Positions 33,101 through 48,300 of a DNA stretch of 64,000 nucleotides are shown one piece after another (within the stretch, counting starts at the first letter, position 1; each line of letters begins with the position of its first letter). Source of the stretch: Callorhinchus milii. Its lineage: Eukaryota. The notes beneath the pieces were generated by a model. It was given only the letters and a program-made list of their open reading frames with translations. It ran no database searches and was not told the origin of the DNA. Made by a program: the position numbers and the translations under genes. The stretch spans positions 123,754,001 through 123,818,000 of the forward strand of contig NW_024704742.1 in assembly GCF_018977255.1 (NCBI RefSeq). The letters run 5' to 3'.

Positions 33101-36100
33101 GAAGTGTGTAATTCATCCAAATAGTTTTTACTAAGGTGACTTAAAAAAAACTTTAAATTATTAAGTTTTTAAAATATGTAAATTTAGTTTAATTAACTGA
33201 GCATTGTTCTGTTTAGGATCTCTATGGTGCTTTGCAAAATTTTTCATTTAAGACTGAGCACATCGAAGAAGCGATGAAAAATACTGTTATCTATGGTGGG
33301 GATCTTCATTCTGCTTTGGATTGGTTGTGTTTAAATCTTCCTGATGGTAAGTTGAGTAGATGGTGAGTTAGTTTATCTGAATTCGATACTACCTCAGTAA
33401 TATTCTCCAGAGGTCCCTTGCTTCTCAAGTCTGGTTCATTCTGGGCTTTGTTTCAGCTGTTAACATTTTGGATGTTTCTATGCTTTTAAAAAGGGCAGTT
33501 TTTTTTTCCAGAATTTCCCTTTCCCTGAAGGAATGTTCCTCTTAATTGGCACATCATGTGAGGCACGTTTAAATATATCTCTATCCTTCATACACCTATC
33601 TACTTTCCTCTTGAAACCCACAAGGGACTCTGCTTCTACCACCATACTTGGCAGAGAATTCCACATCCTAACACCTCTGAGGGATAAAAATTCTCTGAAT
33701 ACATCGTGCAGACAGCCTGGTCTCCAACACATGATCAAAAAGACAAGAGGAAGAAATGATAGAATTGCATCTTTTTTGAGTCAAATTGAAAACTAATTCA
33801 GATTAATTTTCACAAAGTATTTCATGCATCTTGAAATAAAAATATATGATTGGAAGGAGCAGTGATTGAAGCAAAGATTCCCTTTATTTGGAGAACCAAA
33901 TTGTCCATTCAACCTAAATATATTTGGCAAAACAGTACAAAATAAATATTTGATCATTACTTAATGCGTTTGCTTGAACTGAGTTTTAACAGACTTAGAA
34001 TAATTTAAATTGGGTGGTATTCTAGTGAAATTGGAATAGAATGGATCTAGAATAACTTGTAATAATTCTTATTCAAGATTTATTGCCTGATGGATTCAGT
34101 CTGAAGCTACAAGAAGACGAAGAGGAGAAGACAAAGGCCAAGTCTAAGACCATGCAGAAGTCTCCTGTGGAACCTGCTATAAAATCTCAAGTGTCTGAGG
34201 CCACAGCACACAAAGACAAGCCTCAGGCACAGGTGAAGTCGATATTGAGTTTTAGACTGGTCTTATTTTGTTCACAAGAGCAAAGATACTGAAGTCTATG
34301 TTAACTTTAAGCATATATTTTTAAAATGAAAATCCTAGAATGAATCAATTAATTGGTGTGTGCTGGGGGGTGGGGGCACAGGAAGGAAGAGACATGGACT
34401 CTTAATACAAGTGTTTGATCAGTGGATCTCTCAATTTTGTCTTCAAGGTAGCTGCATGGAAGTGTCTACTTCAGGAAGAATTTGCCATGTGCCCTTGGTT
34501 AGGGAAGGGGAAAATAGCTGGACTTCACACTCCCTAATTGTTATCTAACCTTCCATGCTATAGGAAACTTAATTGGGCTGCATGACTTCTACAGTTGAAA
34601 GACTTGAGGACACTCATTCTGAATACTAGCACGTCAATAATAATCACTTGAGGTGATGCCTGGCATGTGGTTGGGGCTTGTGTTACCATACTCAAAGTCA
34701 GATTTCTTCAGGGGAAGAAAATATTAGTGAGAGAATGAAAAACTGCTTGATCAATATATTGAATGGAATTTTTAAACTTTCTGTTGGATCTTAGTTATAA
34801 GTGTGTATTTAAGAATTTATTTTGCATTCCATTGAAGTAGGACATTTAATATTATGCAGCTGATGATTCCTCAAATGACAAAATTTCTCATTTTGACATC
34901 TGAAAAGTTTATAAAGTTGCAAAACTTCTATTTTTGATAGACAAAGGGAGTTGGTGTGAAGCAGTGGATTTTGCGTTATGCTGAAGAAGTAAGTTATGAT
35001 GATGATGAGCCGCTGGTGGCTGATGTTCAATTATCGGAAGAAAAATCTGAAGAGGAAGAACACTTTGACCCAGTAAGTATGGAAGTTATTCTTTATTCCA
35101 ATGTAAAGAATTGGAAGTAATGACTTTACTCCAAAGTCATCCTGGAAGCAAACAGCAATCCAAAGATGCTGTTTTCCACCGTCCATCACGTTCTCCGTGC
35201 ACCCCACAAGTCCCCTCTATCCTAACAACAAATGCCAAGTGTGAAGAGTTCCTAGACTTCTTTGTCTCAAAGATTGAAAACATCTGCTTGGCTGCATCCC
35301 CCTTCCACCCTACCCTGACCATCCACACTGCCTTCTCCCTCCGCCACGGCTTCTACCATTTCCCCTTCCTTACACCTTTGTCCCCATTTCTCACCACGAT
35401 GAAGTTCACAACCTGCTGCCTCGAGCCCTTCCCCGCCCAGCTGCTGGTCACTCAACTCCAGCAATCTTGTCTCAATTCCGTCTCAGGGGTTGGGAAGAGT
35501 TGTGCACTGAAGAACTAGAATCTGCTTCTGTGCATTCTTGGCATTTGCAATTGGAGATGCTTAAGCACTGCAAGGCGTTTCCTACATGTGTTAGACTTCT
35601 GACTCAAAATATTTTGCTGTTGTTAGCTTAATCATTTTAAAACAATGTCTAACATTCTGGAAAAAAACAATATCATTAGTTTTATGTTTTGAAGTATAGT
35701 TTAACCCTTGTAAATGTTGGGACGTCCTCCTGACTTGAAAGGCGCTTTATAAATGGAATCTTGTTGTTGTTGTTGTTGTTGTTCAATTCTGGCAGAATTT
35801 CAGTTTCTAAACTGAGTCCAGAATTGTATTAGGAGATGAGGGAATTTGCCGAGTTTAAAAAATGTCTTTAAAAAAACCTGATTTTGTGAACAAATTAATT
35901 TGTTTCATTTTGATAAAATGGGAGGAACTTAAGAGGATGGAATGGTAAAACGAGGAAACTTTGGCCAGTGCGCTATCTTTGGTGATCTTTAGTCTGTAGG
36001 CTGTAAAATTAACTAATAATAATCCTTGGATTTGATATAGCGCTTTTCACGTCTTCTCGACGTCTCAAAGTGTTTCACAGAATATGCTGTAAAATGAATT

Positions 36101-36272
36101 GACCGTATATTTGTCGGCGAACGCGGGAGCCAAATATGGCAGCGTCCCACAAACAGTTGTGGATTGAAAATGGCCAATTTATTTTTTTTGTTTTGGAGGG
36201 ATTATTATTAGGCGTGTGGAGTAAGGAAACTTGCCCAAGTTTTCGCACTGCCTGGTGTACTGATGTACTGAA

Positions 36273-36309
<37 letters not shown>

Positions 36310-39300
36310 TATTTTGGTCTTGGGTTTCACCTCTATTTTCACGCTGTAAATACTCATAAATGCACATCTGTAAAAGGGACGGGAAGAGCACGCCTATACT
36401 CTTCCCACCCCTTTTACAGATGTGATTTATTTGCTGTTTATTTGTGGAAAAAAACTGTTTCTGTAAATTGTTTTTAGATAGATGTTAATCTCATTTTTCA
36501 CATTTCTTGAACAGAATGAACTTTACCTGGAGCTGGTAGCAAAACTCCAGGATGTCAAAGAACGGGCTTTAACCTTTAAGCAAAATAACAACAGACAAGC
36601 TCAAAGAGAAGCAGGGGACAGGATAAAAATACTTCAACGGGGTAAGTACATAATTCTGGTTTATTTGTCCAATGGTCCTGCCATCAAATTATTCTTTTAA
36701 AGTTTTTTTTCAAATCAAAGATTTAACATTAAAGCGGTGATGGATTTGATTGGAGAATTTTTTCATTTAAATTTCAGGTGTCTTAATTTTTAAAAATTTC
36801 GCCACTGTCACAATGTTGCTCCTCTTACTGGGATGCAGTGCCACTGGTGTTGGTTATTCTCTTCTGCCCTGCCCAAGTGGCCATTGCTCACGTGTGAACC
36901 TTTTGTAGTAAGTGTCAGCAGGCTATTTGACTGCAGAGGCGGTTTGGATTCTATTTTTGTTCAATCCTGAATTTTGCACTGTCACACTGAAATCTAAACT
37001 GATAGAAGAGATAAATTTGTCAGGTCCAGGGACGTAGTCATTTGAAATAACAAAAACATCAGGGAATTTGTTGATGTGAATTCACTTAATTCTGCATCTT
37101 GCTGAATTTATAAACATAACCAATTGCATTATGTGCTACTTTCGTTTGGTTAGCCAAGTGTCTTGACACATGCGGAAACCCATCACCATGCTTATGAGTA
37201 TTCAACCTAGACTAGGAGTTCCATATATGCCAATGCTACTGTATGCTTCAATTGACATTACAGAATAAGATTTAAGGAAATTCTAACTGTCGCACTGTAA
37301 TTTTAATCCAAGTAGCAAAATAGCAAAATAATAGATGCTACAGCCTTGCCCAGGCTGGCAAAGCTATTGGCAAAACTCCTTCGGCCTGCACTCACAATGA
37401 GGACTCTTCCTGAAGGTAGAGATTCTTCTAACTTCATGAACCACTATAAAATACTGACCAAAATCTGAGCATTCAGAGTGAAGATAGTTTCAGTTCCGAT
37501 TTATAATAATAATGGCCTTGTTATTTCAAATGTTGTAGATTAATCTTGTACAATTGAGATTAAGGCATTGATAAAGATGAATAACTAAGTGATTACTTTA
37601 TGTCCCTTTTTCTTAATAAAAAGTAATAGCAGTCCTGCCAAGTCTGCTCCATTTTTAGTAACCTAAATAAAACCTTGTTTTTAAATTTCTTGTAAAGAGA
37701 TGAAACAATTGGAGACCCATCCTGCCTTTGAGCGGTCAACTAAGATTCAAGAAGTAAAGATACCTAACAAAAGTTCAACTTCCCAGCCGCTAGACAGTAA
37801 GAGTGAAGATTCCCTCAATTTACGTATGTTGGAAGATTGTGGGGCAAAAGTAAAAGAGGAAGGTGAGTTACTGATCAATGTAATACTGTGCAGTAAAGTT
37901 CAGTCGGGCCCATAAGATTTAACATAATTTTCATAAACTTGTTGCAGGCAAACTTGTATAATCGTATAAAATTCAATTTAATCAATAATCTACACTGCTG
38001 CATGCGTAATTCAATTAAGCCAATAAATGCCCATGCAAGCTGCATCCCCACGATGATCCCACCCCTGTCCTCTACCCTCCATTACTCCCGCTCGGTTCTC
38101 CTCTCCCACCACCCTCCCCGACTCCTAATCCTGCTCGACCTCCCACAGCCTCCCTCTGCTCCAGCCTGCGAATACTCCGTCGGGCCCTCCATGGCAGACG
38201 CCGCTGGCTGTCCAACAGCAGCGACTCTGACTGTCCTAACCCCCATTCTTGCTGCAAGGCTCATCGTTCCCTGACCACGGGGGCCAACATCTCTTCCCTG
38301 AACCACATCCCCACCCTCCCTGTCAGTCTTCCCTCTCCCCCCGTCGCCCCCACATTCTGCCACCCAGAGTCCCCTCCACATTGGCCTACAAAATGTCCGC
38401 TCCCAACAAAACACTCACTATCCAAGACTTCATTGTCGACGAAAACATCGACATTCTCGCCCTCACTGAAATCTGGATCACTCCAAGTGACACCTTCCCC
38501 CTGATAGAGGCCACAGCACCTGGGTACACCTTCCATCATAACTGCCGTGGTGGCGATGTGGCTCTCATCTCCCGGTCCCCGCTCGGCCTATCTCCTTACT
38601 CCTCTGGAACCTTCACCTCCTTTGAACACCTTACCCTTTATAACCCCTCCAACCTCTCCCTCAAAATTATCCTCATCTTTCGCCCCCCCAAGGCTTCTCC
38701 TGCATTCATCCCTGAAATCTCCACCCTCCTAGCTTCCCTCTCCCTCTGCCCCAAACGCCTTCTCATCCTAGGTGATTTCAACCTTCACTTCACCCCCTCC
38801 CGCTCTACCTCTGCTGACTTCTCCTCTCTTATCTCCTTCCTCAACCTCTCCCTCCACATCTACTGCCACCCATGTCCGCGGTCACCCCCTCGACCTGCTG
38901 ATCACTTGGGGCCTCACTGTCTCGTACCTCACCATCACTGACAAAGCGATCTCGGACCACTACTTCATCTCCCTAAACCCCTCAATCCCTCTCCCCACCA
39001 CCATCCAACCCACCTCCATCTCCTACCGCCACTGGAAAAAAAATCTCTCTTTTTCCCCCCCCTCCTTGGCTGCCTTGGAGTCATCTGAACTCCTCCCGCA
39101 ATGACCTTATCCTCCTCGATTACTCTTCTTCACAGCTTCCTCTCCTCCACTCTCGATTCCCTTGCTCCCCTCTCTTCCCGAACTGTCTCCTGTTCATGTA
39201 AATCACCATGGTACACCAGCCACCTCCGCTCCTTAAAGCACAGGTGTGTGCCGCTGAAGGCACCTGGCTTAAATCAAACTTAATGGTCCGATGGCAGATC

Positions 39301-42300
39301 TGGCTGGACTTTATCAAATCTTACCGATCTGCCCTCGCCTCTGCTAAATCGTTGTTCTACTCCAAGACAATCTTGGAGGCCAAGGACAACCCCAGACTCC
39401 TCTTCAGCTACAACCAGCTCCTCCGCCCACCCTCTCACGACTCGCCCATCCTCACCTCAAATGCCAACTGTGAAGCAATGCTGGACTTCCTCGAATCCAA
39501 AGTTGAGATGATCCGCTCAGCTGCCTCTGCCGTTCCGTCTGCTACACCCTCCCCATCTCCCCCTCCCACCCCGGCCCAAAGCCATCCCTCCCTCCACACC
39601 TTCAAACCTGTCTCCCATTCCTCTCTCAACCACCACTATAACTCGCATGAAACCATCCACATGCTCCCTCGACCCCATCTCTATCTCTCTCCTTACCTCC
39701 CAGCTCCGTCTCCTTGCCCCTTTACTCACAGACATATGAAATCTCTCCCTGTCCACTGGTACTGTTCCCACCCCATTAAAAAATGCCGTCATCACTCCTA
39801 TCCTTAAAAAACCCTCCCTGGACCTATCTCTACTCTCAAACTACCGCTCCATCTTGAAACTCCCCTTCCTCTCCAAGTTCCTGTAACGATTGTAGCTTCC
39901 AAGCTTCGCTCCTTCCTCTCCTGCCACTCACTTCAGAAACTCCTACAATCGGGTTTCCATGCAGTCCACAGCACAGAAACAGCTTTGGTCAAAGTGACAA
40001 ATGACATTCTGTCCATCTGCAACCAGGGCTCCCTCTGGCTCCTCATCCTCCTTGACCTCTCTGCTGCCTTCGACGCTGTCGACCACTCTGTCCTCATCCA
40101 CCGCCTCTCCTCTCACCTCAATCTTCACGGTTCTGTCCTGGACTGGTTCAGATCATACCTCTCACACTGCCTCCACTTCTCCACAAACGGTTTCTCCTCT
40201 AGCCCCTGCACCGTCTCGTGCGGCATTCCTCAGAGCTCTGTCCTTGATCCCCACCTCTTCATTATCGATAAGCTCTTTCTTGGTGACATCATCTGCAGAC
40301 ATGGGGTCAATTTCCACATGTATGCGGGTGACACCCAACTGTACCTCTCTGCCTCCACCCTTTACTCCAGGACCACTGCTGTCCTGACCGAATGTCAGAC
40401 ATCAAGTCCTGGATGAGATCTAACTTTCTTCAGTTGAACGTCAACAAGACCGAGGCTCTCCTGATTGGCTCCCGTCAGTGCCTCCTCACCTCAGGCGCTG
40501 AGAGCATCACCATCCATGGTTGCACACTCCACCTTGCTAAGCCAGTCCGGAACTTTGGGGTCTTGTTTGACCCTCAACTATCCTTCCTACTTCACATCTG
40601 TGCCATGATCTGCTCTGCCTTCCCCCACCTCCGCAACATCGCCCGGCTCTTCCACTGTCTTTCCGAAACCCTTATACATACTTTCATTACATCGAGGCTT
40701 GACTATGCAAACTCCCTGCTTGTTGGCCTCCCCAACATCTTCCTCCATGGGCTGCAGATCATCCAGAACTCTGCAGCCCGTGTCTGCTCTCGCACCAGGC
40801 TCCGTGACCCTATCACCCCCATCCTCCCTGACTCTGGCTTCCCATCACACAGAAGATACAGCTGAAGATCCTGGTCCTCACCTTCAAAGCACTTCATGGT
40901 CTTGATCCCCCCTACCTCTGAGACCTCCTAACACCCTACCAGCCTGCTTCCTCCCTTCCGCTCAGCGGGCTCCGGCCTGCTTCACGACCCCCGCCTCGCT
41001 CGCTCCACTATTGGTGGGCAAGCTTTCTGCCACTCTGCCCCCATCCTCTGGGACTCCATCCCACAGTCCCTTCCCCTCCCTTGCCTCACAAGACCCTCCT
41101 CTTCGACCGTGCTTTCAATCTCCTGCTTCTCCCCTGCCCTCCACCCTCCTCCACCCTGTCTGTCCAGCACCTGAAAGGCGCTATACAAATGTAATTTTGT
41201 TGTGTGTTGTTGTTTGTCATTTCGGTAAGTGCTCATGCGGTTTATGGATCAAGACTACGTTTCCCATGATTCAATTCGGCCAGTAAGTGAGGGAGTAATG
41301 GAGTATAGGGGAGCGACGTTCCAAATTTGGAGATGATAAATACGACTAGTGCAAAGAAATCAAAGTAGTTTTGAGAGGAAAATAAATGCGATTCGAGTGG
41401 CTGCCACTAATATGAATGTGTTGTGCCTCATTTATAAGAGCATAAGAATTAGGAGCAGGAGTAGGCCATTCGGCCCCTCGAGTCTGCCCCGCCATTCAAT
41501 AAGATCATGGCTGATCTTCAGACCTAACTCTAATTACCTGCCCTATCCCCATATCCTCTAATCTCTCTATTTTTAAAAAATCTATCAGTCTCAACCTTGA
41601 AGATGTTCAAGGACTGAGCATCTACAGCCTTCTGGGGTAGTGAATTCCATAAATTCACTACCCTCTGAGTGAAGAAATGTTTCCTCAACTCTGTTCTAAA
41701 AGGCTGACCCTTAATTTTAAGACTGTGACCCCTGGTTATAGATTCTCCTATCAGGGGAAACAGTCCCTCAGTGTCTACATTATCCAGCCCTTTAAGAATC
41801 TTATATGTTTCAATAAGATCTCCCCTAATTCTTCTGTACTCTAGAGAATATAGCCCTAGTTTATTCAGCCTATCCTCATAGGTCAGTTCCCTCATCCCAC
41901 GAACTAACCGAGTGAATCTACGCTGCACCCCCTTTAGGGCAAGTATGTCCTTTTTNAAATAAGGAGACCAAAACTGGAAGTACTACAGTATCACTTCTAG
42001 ATTGAAATTACCCTCATCAGACAGTCAGAGGTATAGTGCCCGCCTGCACCAAACTATTTAAGATAACTTCCCATAATTTAGTGCATACAGAGACTTGGCT
42101 ATGTGGCATATTGACATAAATGCACAAACTCAATGGCGCATAAAATGCTTGTGAAAATATTAATAGATTAATAAGGAATTCGGAGACTGGCTTTCAAGAT
42201 GGCTAGGACAGTTAATTTTAAATATATAAAATAAGAGTGGAAGACTGACAGGCTGGTAGCAAAGATTCTGAATAGATTTGAATGGCTTAGTTATACTGCA

Positions 42301-45300
42301 GGGATGCAACTCACTTTCTTCTAAACCCAATTAAATTCATGTTAAGCTGTCCACCAAATATGAATTTAATTACTTTTGCGATTGCATGGGTTTTGTTCTA
42401 CATTAAATTTCAATTCCATACAAAATGGATGAATGAGGTGTTAATTTACTTCTGTGGCTTGTACATTGCACACTGCTGAATATTTTATCAAGGCAATATT
42501 CTTATGTGTATATTGCAGCAAAAAATGCACCAAAGGATGTGAGGAACTTCGACTATAATGCACGAAGTTGGACAGGCAAATCTCCCAAGCAGTTTTTGAT
42601 TGACTGGTGTCGGAAGAATTACCCCATCAGTCCAGCTCCTAGCTATCGCAAAATCCCTGCCGGTCGATTCTGGAAGAGTAGGTTTGTGTGTTTATTGTAC
42701 TTTTTTCGCTTCATAAAATAAGTTAACTATATCTTCTCTACATTGTATTGGCAAGAATTAGAAATGTTTGAATTAGAGTATTCTGAGACATTTACATGAA
42801 ATGGTCACAGATTGAGAAATTTTGTGTTAACTTTCCTGTAGCTTAGTGGTTAGAGCTCTCGCCTAGCAATGGGGAGGACCTGGGTTCGATTCCCAGGCAG
42901 GGGGAAACGTTGGATAAATTTCTTTACTCCACGTGCCTCTGTTTATCCAGCAGTAAGTAGGAACCCAGTTGTTAGTCGATTGGTGGATCGCTTTTTCGGA
43001 GGTTTGTGGGACATTGCTGTGTGCAATTGTCTGCTGCATTTCTCCCATAAAATATACAGTCAATTCACTTTACAGTATATTCTGTGATTATACAAGGATT
43101 ATTAGTAGTATTATTTGACTGACCCATTGAGCCTGCCACCTTTTTTAAAGATTAGAATTGCTTTATCTTTCTAATGGCATTGATGTCCCTATTTTCCATA
43201 TCCCTGAACATGTTTGCTTATCTATCAGTTAATTGATTATGCATCTGTAACCTTCTGGGATATTACTGTTATTTAAAATGACTTCACAAGATTTTTACTG
43301 GGAAGTTTAGTGACACTGTATTGTAGGTGAATGCGGTAGCCAATTTGCACATAGTGATGTCCCCAAAGAGCCATGGAAATGAATGAACAATTTTATCGGG
43401 AGGGATGTTAGCCAAGAGGCTCTGAGCTGACGTCTTGACTTCATTATCTTTGCTTAAATATTTTTTCGATTCCTATTAACCGGCTCAACTTTAATTTCAA
43501 GATTGTTATCTGATTCTGGATTTCCCTACTGGAGGCAGGATGAGCTTTCATTTATTTTTTTCAGTAAGATTTTATTAGAATGCTGTTCATGCACACAAGA
43601 TGGTATAAAGTGATTGCAACATCCATTGGTATACATTCAAGTTGACTGAAGTGGTTTATCAGTCTATCGCCCATTGAAGTGATGTACTTAAAATAATTGC
43701 AAACTACATTTACATGGGCACTTCTCAATTAGTTAATGTCAATGGTATACAGCATAGAAGACAGTGGATGAACTTTATATAATCTTTAAATAATAATGGT
43801 AACTGAGGAGGATGACACTTAGAATTCTATGTTCGGACATTGGCTGATAGGTTTGAAGACATGTTTATACCTGAGTCTCATTGGGTCAAACATAAACAAA
43901 ATGTCTTTGATTCTTTGAGAGGAAGAGTAAATGTGGAGCATAGCATCCATGGAATTACATCAATATAGTTGTACTTCAATAGAATCCTGTAGCATACTGA
44001 TTAGAGCACTCGCTTAGCAATCAAGATGACCAGGGTTCGATTCCAAGGCAGGCGAAAACTTAGGCAAGTTTCCTTACTCCACACACCTTTGTTTACCTAG
44101 CAGTAAGTAGAAACCCGGTTGTTAGTCGATTGGCGGATCGCTTTCCAGGGGTAATAATCCCTTCTAAAAAAAACAATAATTTGGTCACTCAATCCATGAA
44201 TGTTTGTGGAATACTACTCTGTGCAATTGGCTGCTGTGTTTCGCCCACAAAATACACAGTCACTACACTTTACGATGTATTCTATGAAGTGCTTTGAGAT
44301 GTCTCAACGATGTGATGAGAAGCTATATCAAATGCATTTTTATTATATACCAAAAGATTGCAATGCTCTTGGGTGGTTACTGTTTATATATTTTGTTAGT
44401 AACAAAATTCCTTTGGGAATTGGTTAACCTGTCTGGATGTGATTATTGTGCTAATAGTGATAAAATCATACATGATTAGGCTAGTAGATTTTGGCATCAT
44501 TTGTTGCTGATCATTTTTAATGTTGTTCTTTTTAAAGTGTGCGGGTACACAGGGAGAAGGATGGAATACTAGAGGTGTGCCCCACAATTCTCACTGAGGA
44601 CAGTATGCAGGCCCAACATCTGGCATCTACACTGGCTTTATGGCATCTAGTAAGAGGCCAGGTAAGGTCCAGAACATTTAAGAATCATTAATTTCCCAAT
44701 CTATACACTATGTACTTTGTTACATGCAGAATGAAAATCCACTTACAGTGCAGTCCTGTTATATCGTGCTTCATTAGAGCACAAATTCACTTACAATGCG
44801 ATGGACTGTAGCACTTGAGAGCCAAGTGTGTGCACTTGGATCCCATGTGCCGGCTGGCTGTTCAAGTTAAAATGGCCACTGAAGTAATATGGATGACAAC
44901 TTAATGACCTGAAAGTCAGCCATTTCAGCTTCCCATGCTCAAAATGGCTGATTTCCGGATGATCACATCACCCTGCAAAAAACAGGATTTGACATTGATG
45001 GTGATCTCAGGAGGTGTCTTAGGCTTTTAGCTGGCTGACTGGTATGCTGGCTGATGTGCTAAAATGTCCTTGATTTTACGATTCCTTACGAACAGTGCTG
45101 AACCAATGCAATATAATCTACATTTATATGGAACCTTTCATGTCGGGAGAATGTCTCAAAACGTTTGACAGTGCTAGAGATGGCTACTGAGGGTGCAGGG
45201 AGGAGAAAGATGACCAAAAGAGTGGTCAAAGAAGTAAGTTTTGAGATATCTATTTAACTGCTTCAAATTTTAACATTTTTATTTTTAAATCTTTAGGCAA

Positions 45301-48300
45301 TTCATCAGTTACTGCCCCCTACATATCGTACTGTCTGGCTTGAATGGAGTGATGCTGAAAAGCAAAAAGCTGAAAAAAGGCAAACTGAAAAAAATAAGCC
45401 CCGCGAACAGTTTATCACCAGGCTGCTAAATACACTGAAACAGCAGCAACCATCCCGACAAACCTCATCAACAGTGGAAGATCCAGAGGATTCGTGGGAA
45501 AACCTGGTGTCTGATGACTTTGAAAACATCTCAATTAACAAGGACAAGTCAGACAATTTGAAAATATCGAGGAATATTTATAAAAACCTGCAGCGTTCTT
45601 CACAATTTCGGGAACTTTTAAACGAAAGAGAATTGTTACCAGTGTTTCAACACAAAACAAGAATTCTGGAAACTCTGCGGCGACATCGGGTGGTGGTTGT
45701 GGCCGGTGAGACAGGCAGTGGGAAGAGTACTCAAATACCTCAGTTCCTGTTGGAAGACTTGCTGTCAAGCGATTCTCCAAAATGTAATATCATTTGTACC
45801 CAGCCTCGAAGGATTTCAGCAGCGAGCCTCGCAACACGAGTCTGTGACGAACTTGGTTGTCTAGAAGGCCCTGGAGGAAAAGTAAGATAAGTTGTATTTC
45901 TTTCGGAAGAAATAAATTTTATGTATTAACTTGACCTTTCTATGCAGAAATGTTTGATCATAAGCAAGTCTGTTAATTTATTTAAGTTTCTCAATGCAAA
46001 TAAATAAGCAATGAAAGATTCAATATCTTTGCAAAAGCAGCAATGGACCTATCAGTCACACAATGCAGTTATGATATTTGGACATAACTGCAGTGTTTTC
46101 TGTTCCCCATTTGCTGGTCAAGTAATGGAGACCCAAGTGCAAAACTGTTGGATTAGGAGATGAAAATGTGATTTGGAAGATGTGCTTTAATGACTATATA
46201 AATTATAGTCTGGGTGTAAATTGGATGAAGCTTTATCTTCTTGGAAGTTTTACCTATGGTAGCCTCTCTTTTTTTTCGAGTTATGTGATTAGTTAAAATG
46301 TCGTGATTAGCAAATTGTATGGAATTTTTGCGAGAAACTGCCCTTGTGGACCAAATCCTTAGTTTCATTTAGATTTACAACTAGAAAAATCTTTCATAAT
46401 CTCTGTGCTAGAATTCATGTTGAATTGAAGGGGTAAATTTAGATCTTGAAGATGCTCTTATAATTCTGGATAACAATTATTTTCAGAACTCACTTTGTGG
46501 CTACCAAATCAGAATGGAATCAAAAGTTGGCGAATCATGCAGGCTTTTATACTGTACCACCGGTATTCTCCTGCGCAAACTACAACAGGATCAGCTTCTT
46601 TCCACTGTGTCCCATGTAATTGTGGATGAGGTAAAGAAAGACCCATTTTCAAATAAATTTTGATTAAATATAATTTTAGATTTAAAGTACAGACAAATAC
46701 TGTTGTTTGTTGGCTTGTGTGTGCAATCCCCACTGTGAAGTGCATTTATCCCCAAAACAAATGTAACATATTCCTTGAATTGCAATTATTTTTCAGGGCA
46801 CAATTATGGATTATAACGTTGCTAATACCTTGGGTAGAAGAGATATTAAGTATGTTTAAAGGAAGAGTGCCCCATCCCACCCTATTTGGACACTGAATTT
46901 TAATTTTGTTCTTTGGCAAAATATTGTCTGGTTCAAGTCTTAAATAAATGTGGGTAAATGTTTCCAGTATCAAGTCAGTTATTTCAAGTTGCCTTTAATA
47001 TGGATGAATGACATGATTGTCTTTTTTTATTATAGGTTCACGAGAGAAGTGTTCATTCAGATTTTCTTTTAATAATCTTGAAGGAAATAATGCAAAAGCG
47101 TTTGGATCTGAACCTGGTTCTAATGAGTGCAACTGTTGACAGTGGTAAATTTGCTAATTATTTTGCACACTGTCCTATTATCTCAATTCCTGGGAGACTT
47201 TATCCTGTTGAGGTAACTACAAAAAAAACTCAATACATTGTTTGTAGATTGTTGTGTTAATTTTAAAGGTACCATTTGCTTCCACCATGCTGCAGTCTAT
47301 TTATGTTTATGTATTAATATGTGTCACGTCAAAGCAGCCAGTTATCCCAATTTTAATGTTAATGAACTTTTTTGTTTGATGTCCTTGTGCAGGCTTTCTT
47401 AGCAATATCTGTGATGGCCAGTGCACACGGGGGTATTCAACTTTATGTTTTATTAATGTGGATATCAGATGGAGAAAAAAAAATTATAAACCTGATACAG
47501 TAGTTTTATTTGCTAGCCTTTTCCTGATGTTGAATGAAAATATTTATTTTTAGCAAACTAATGTGCTTTTTTTAAAAAAAAGGTATTTTATTAACCTCTT
47601 TGTTTGTGTTTTTATATTGTATTTTAAAACACAAGTTGATATTAATCCTGACAAGTTGATGATGGTGCTTAAAAAGTACTTTTAATTAAAAATCTCTTAA
47701 ACTTATCCAGTATAATGTCTCAAAATGTTCCACAAATGTTCTAAAAGTGAGAGGAATGAGATCTTTATTTGTGTTGAAAAAGGCATTCGATATTTAAGTA
47801 CAAGTTCAGAAATACAGTACCTTGAATAAATAGGGGAAGCACCATATTCTCTTACACCCCACCCCCCACCTGTATTTGATTTGGAAATAATTTGTTCAGC
47901 TTACTAGTTTCCTGTTCCTTATGCTATGTGTAGTATCAAATGCAGTTTGACGAAGTAATTGATGATATTGCATTCTGTCTTTGTTGTGTAATGTTTCATT
48001 TTAAATTTCTATTAAATTCAGGTATTTCATCTGGAAGATGTGGTAGAAGCAACGGGTTACACTTTGGAACAAGACTCCGAATATTGCCAAAGATTCTTGG
48101 AGGAGGAGGAAGAAGAAATTAAAGTATCAGTCGGTGGCAAAGGAGGAAAGACTTTTCAGCATCAGGTTGTTCATAGACATTTCTGTAATGGTGCTATGCA
48201 GTGTTTGTCATTAGAAATCATAATAATGATCGTTCATGAAAGTGATCCTGATTGTAAGAGAGCTCAGAGGAATTAATATTGAGCTGTATCAACTGTATAT

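Noticed and set aside
41956..41956. Single ambiguous base N
   Set aside because: An assembly ambiguity inside a CR1 fragment with no biological meaning.
44745..44810. Possible second Tigger-like terminus (TACAGTGCAGTCCTGTTATA), with similar bits near 48505, 48735 and 55775
   Set aside because: Too degenerate to pair termini or define boundaries by eye.
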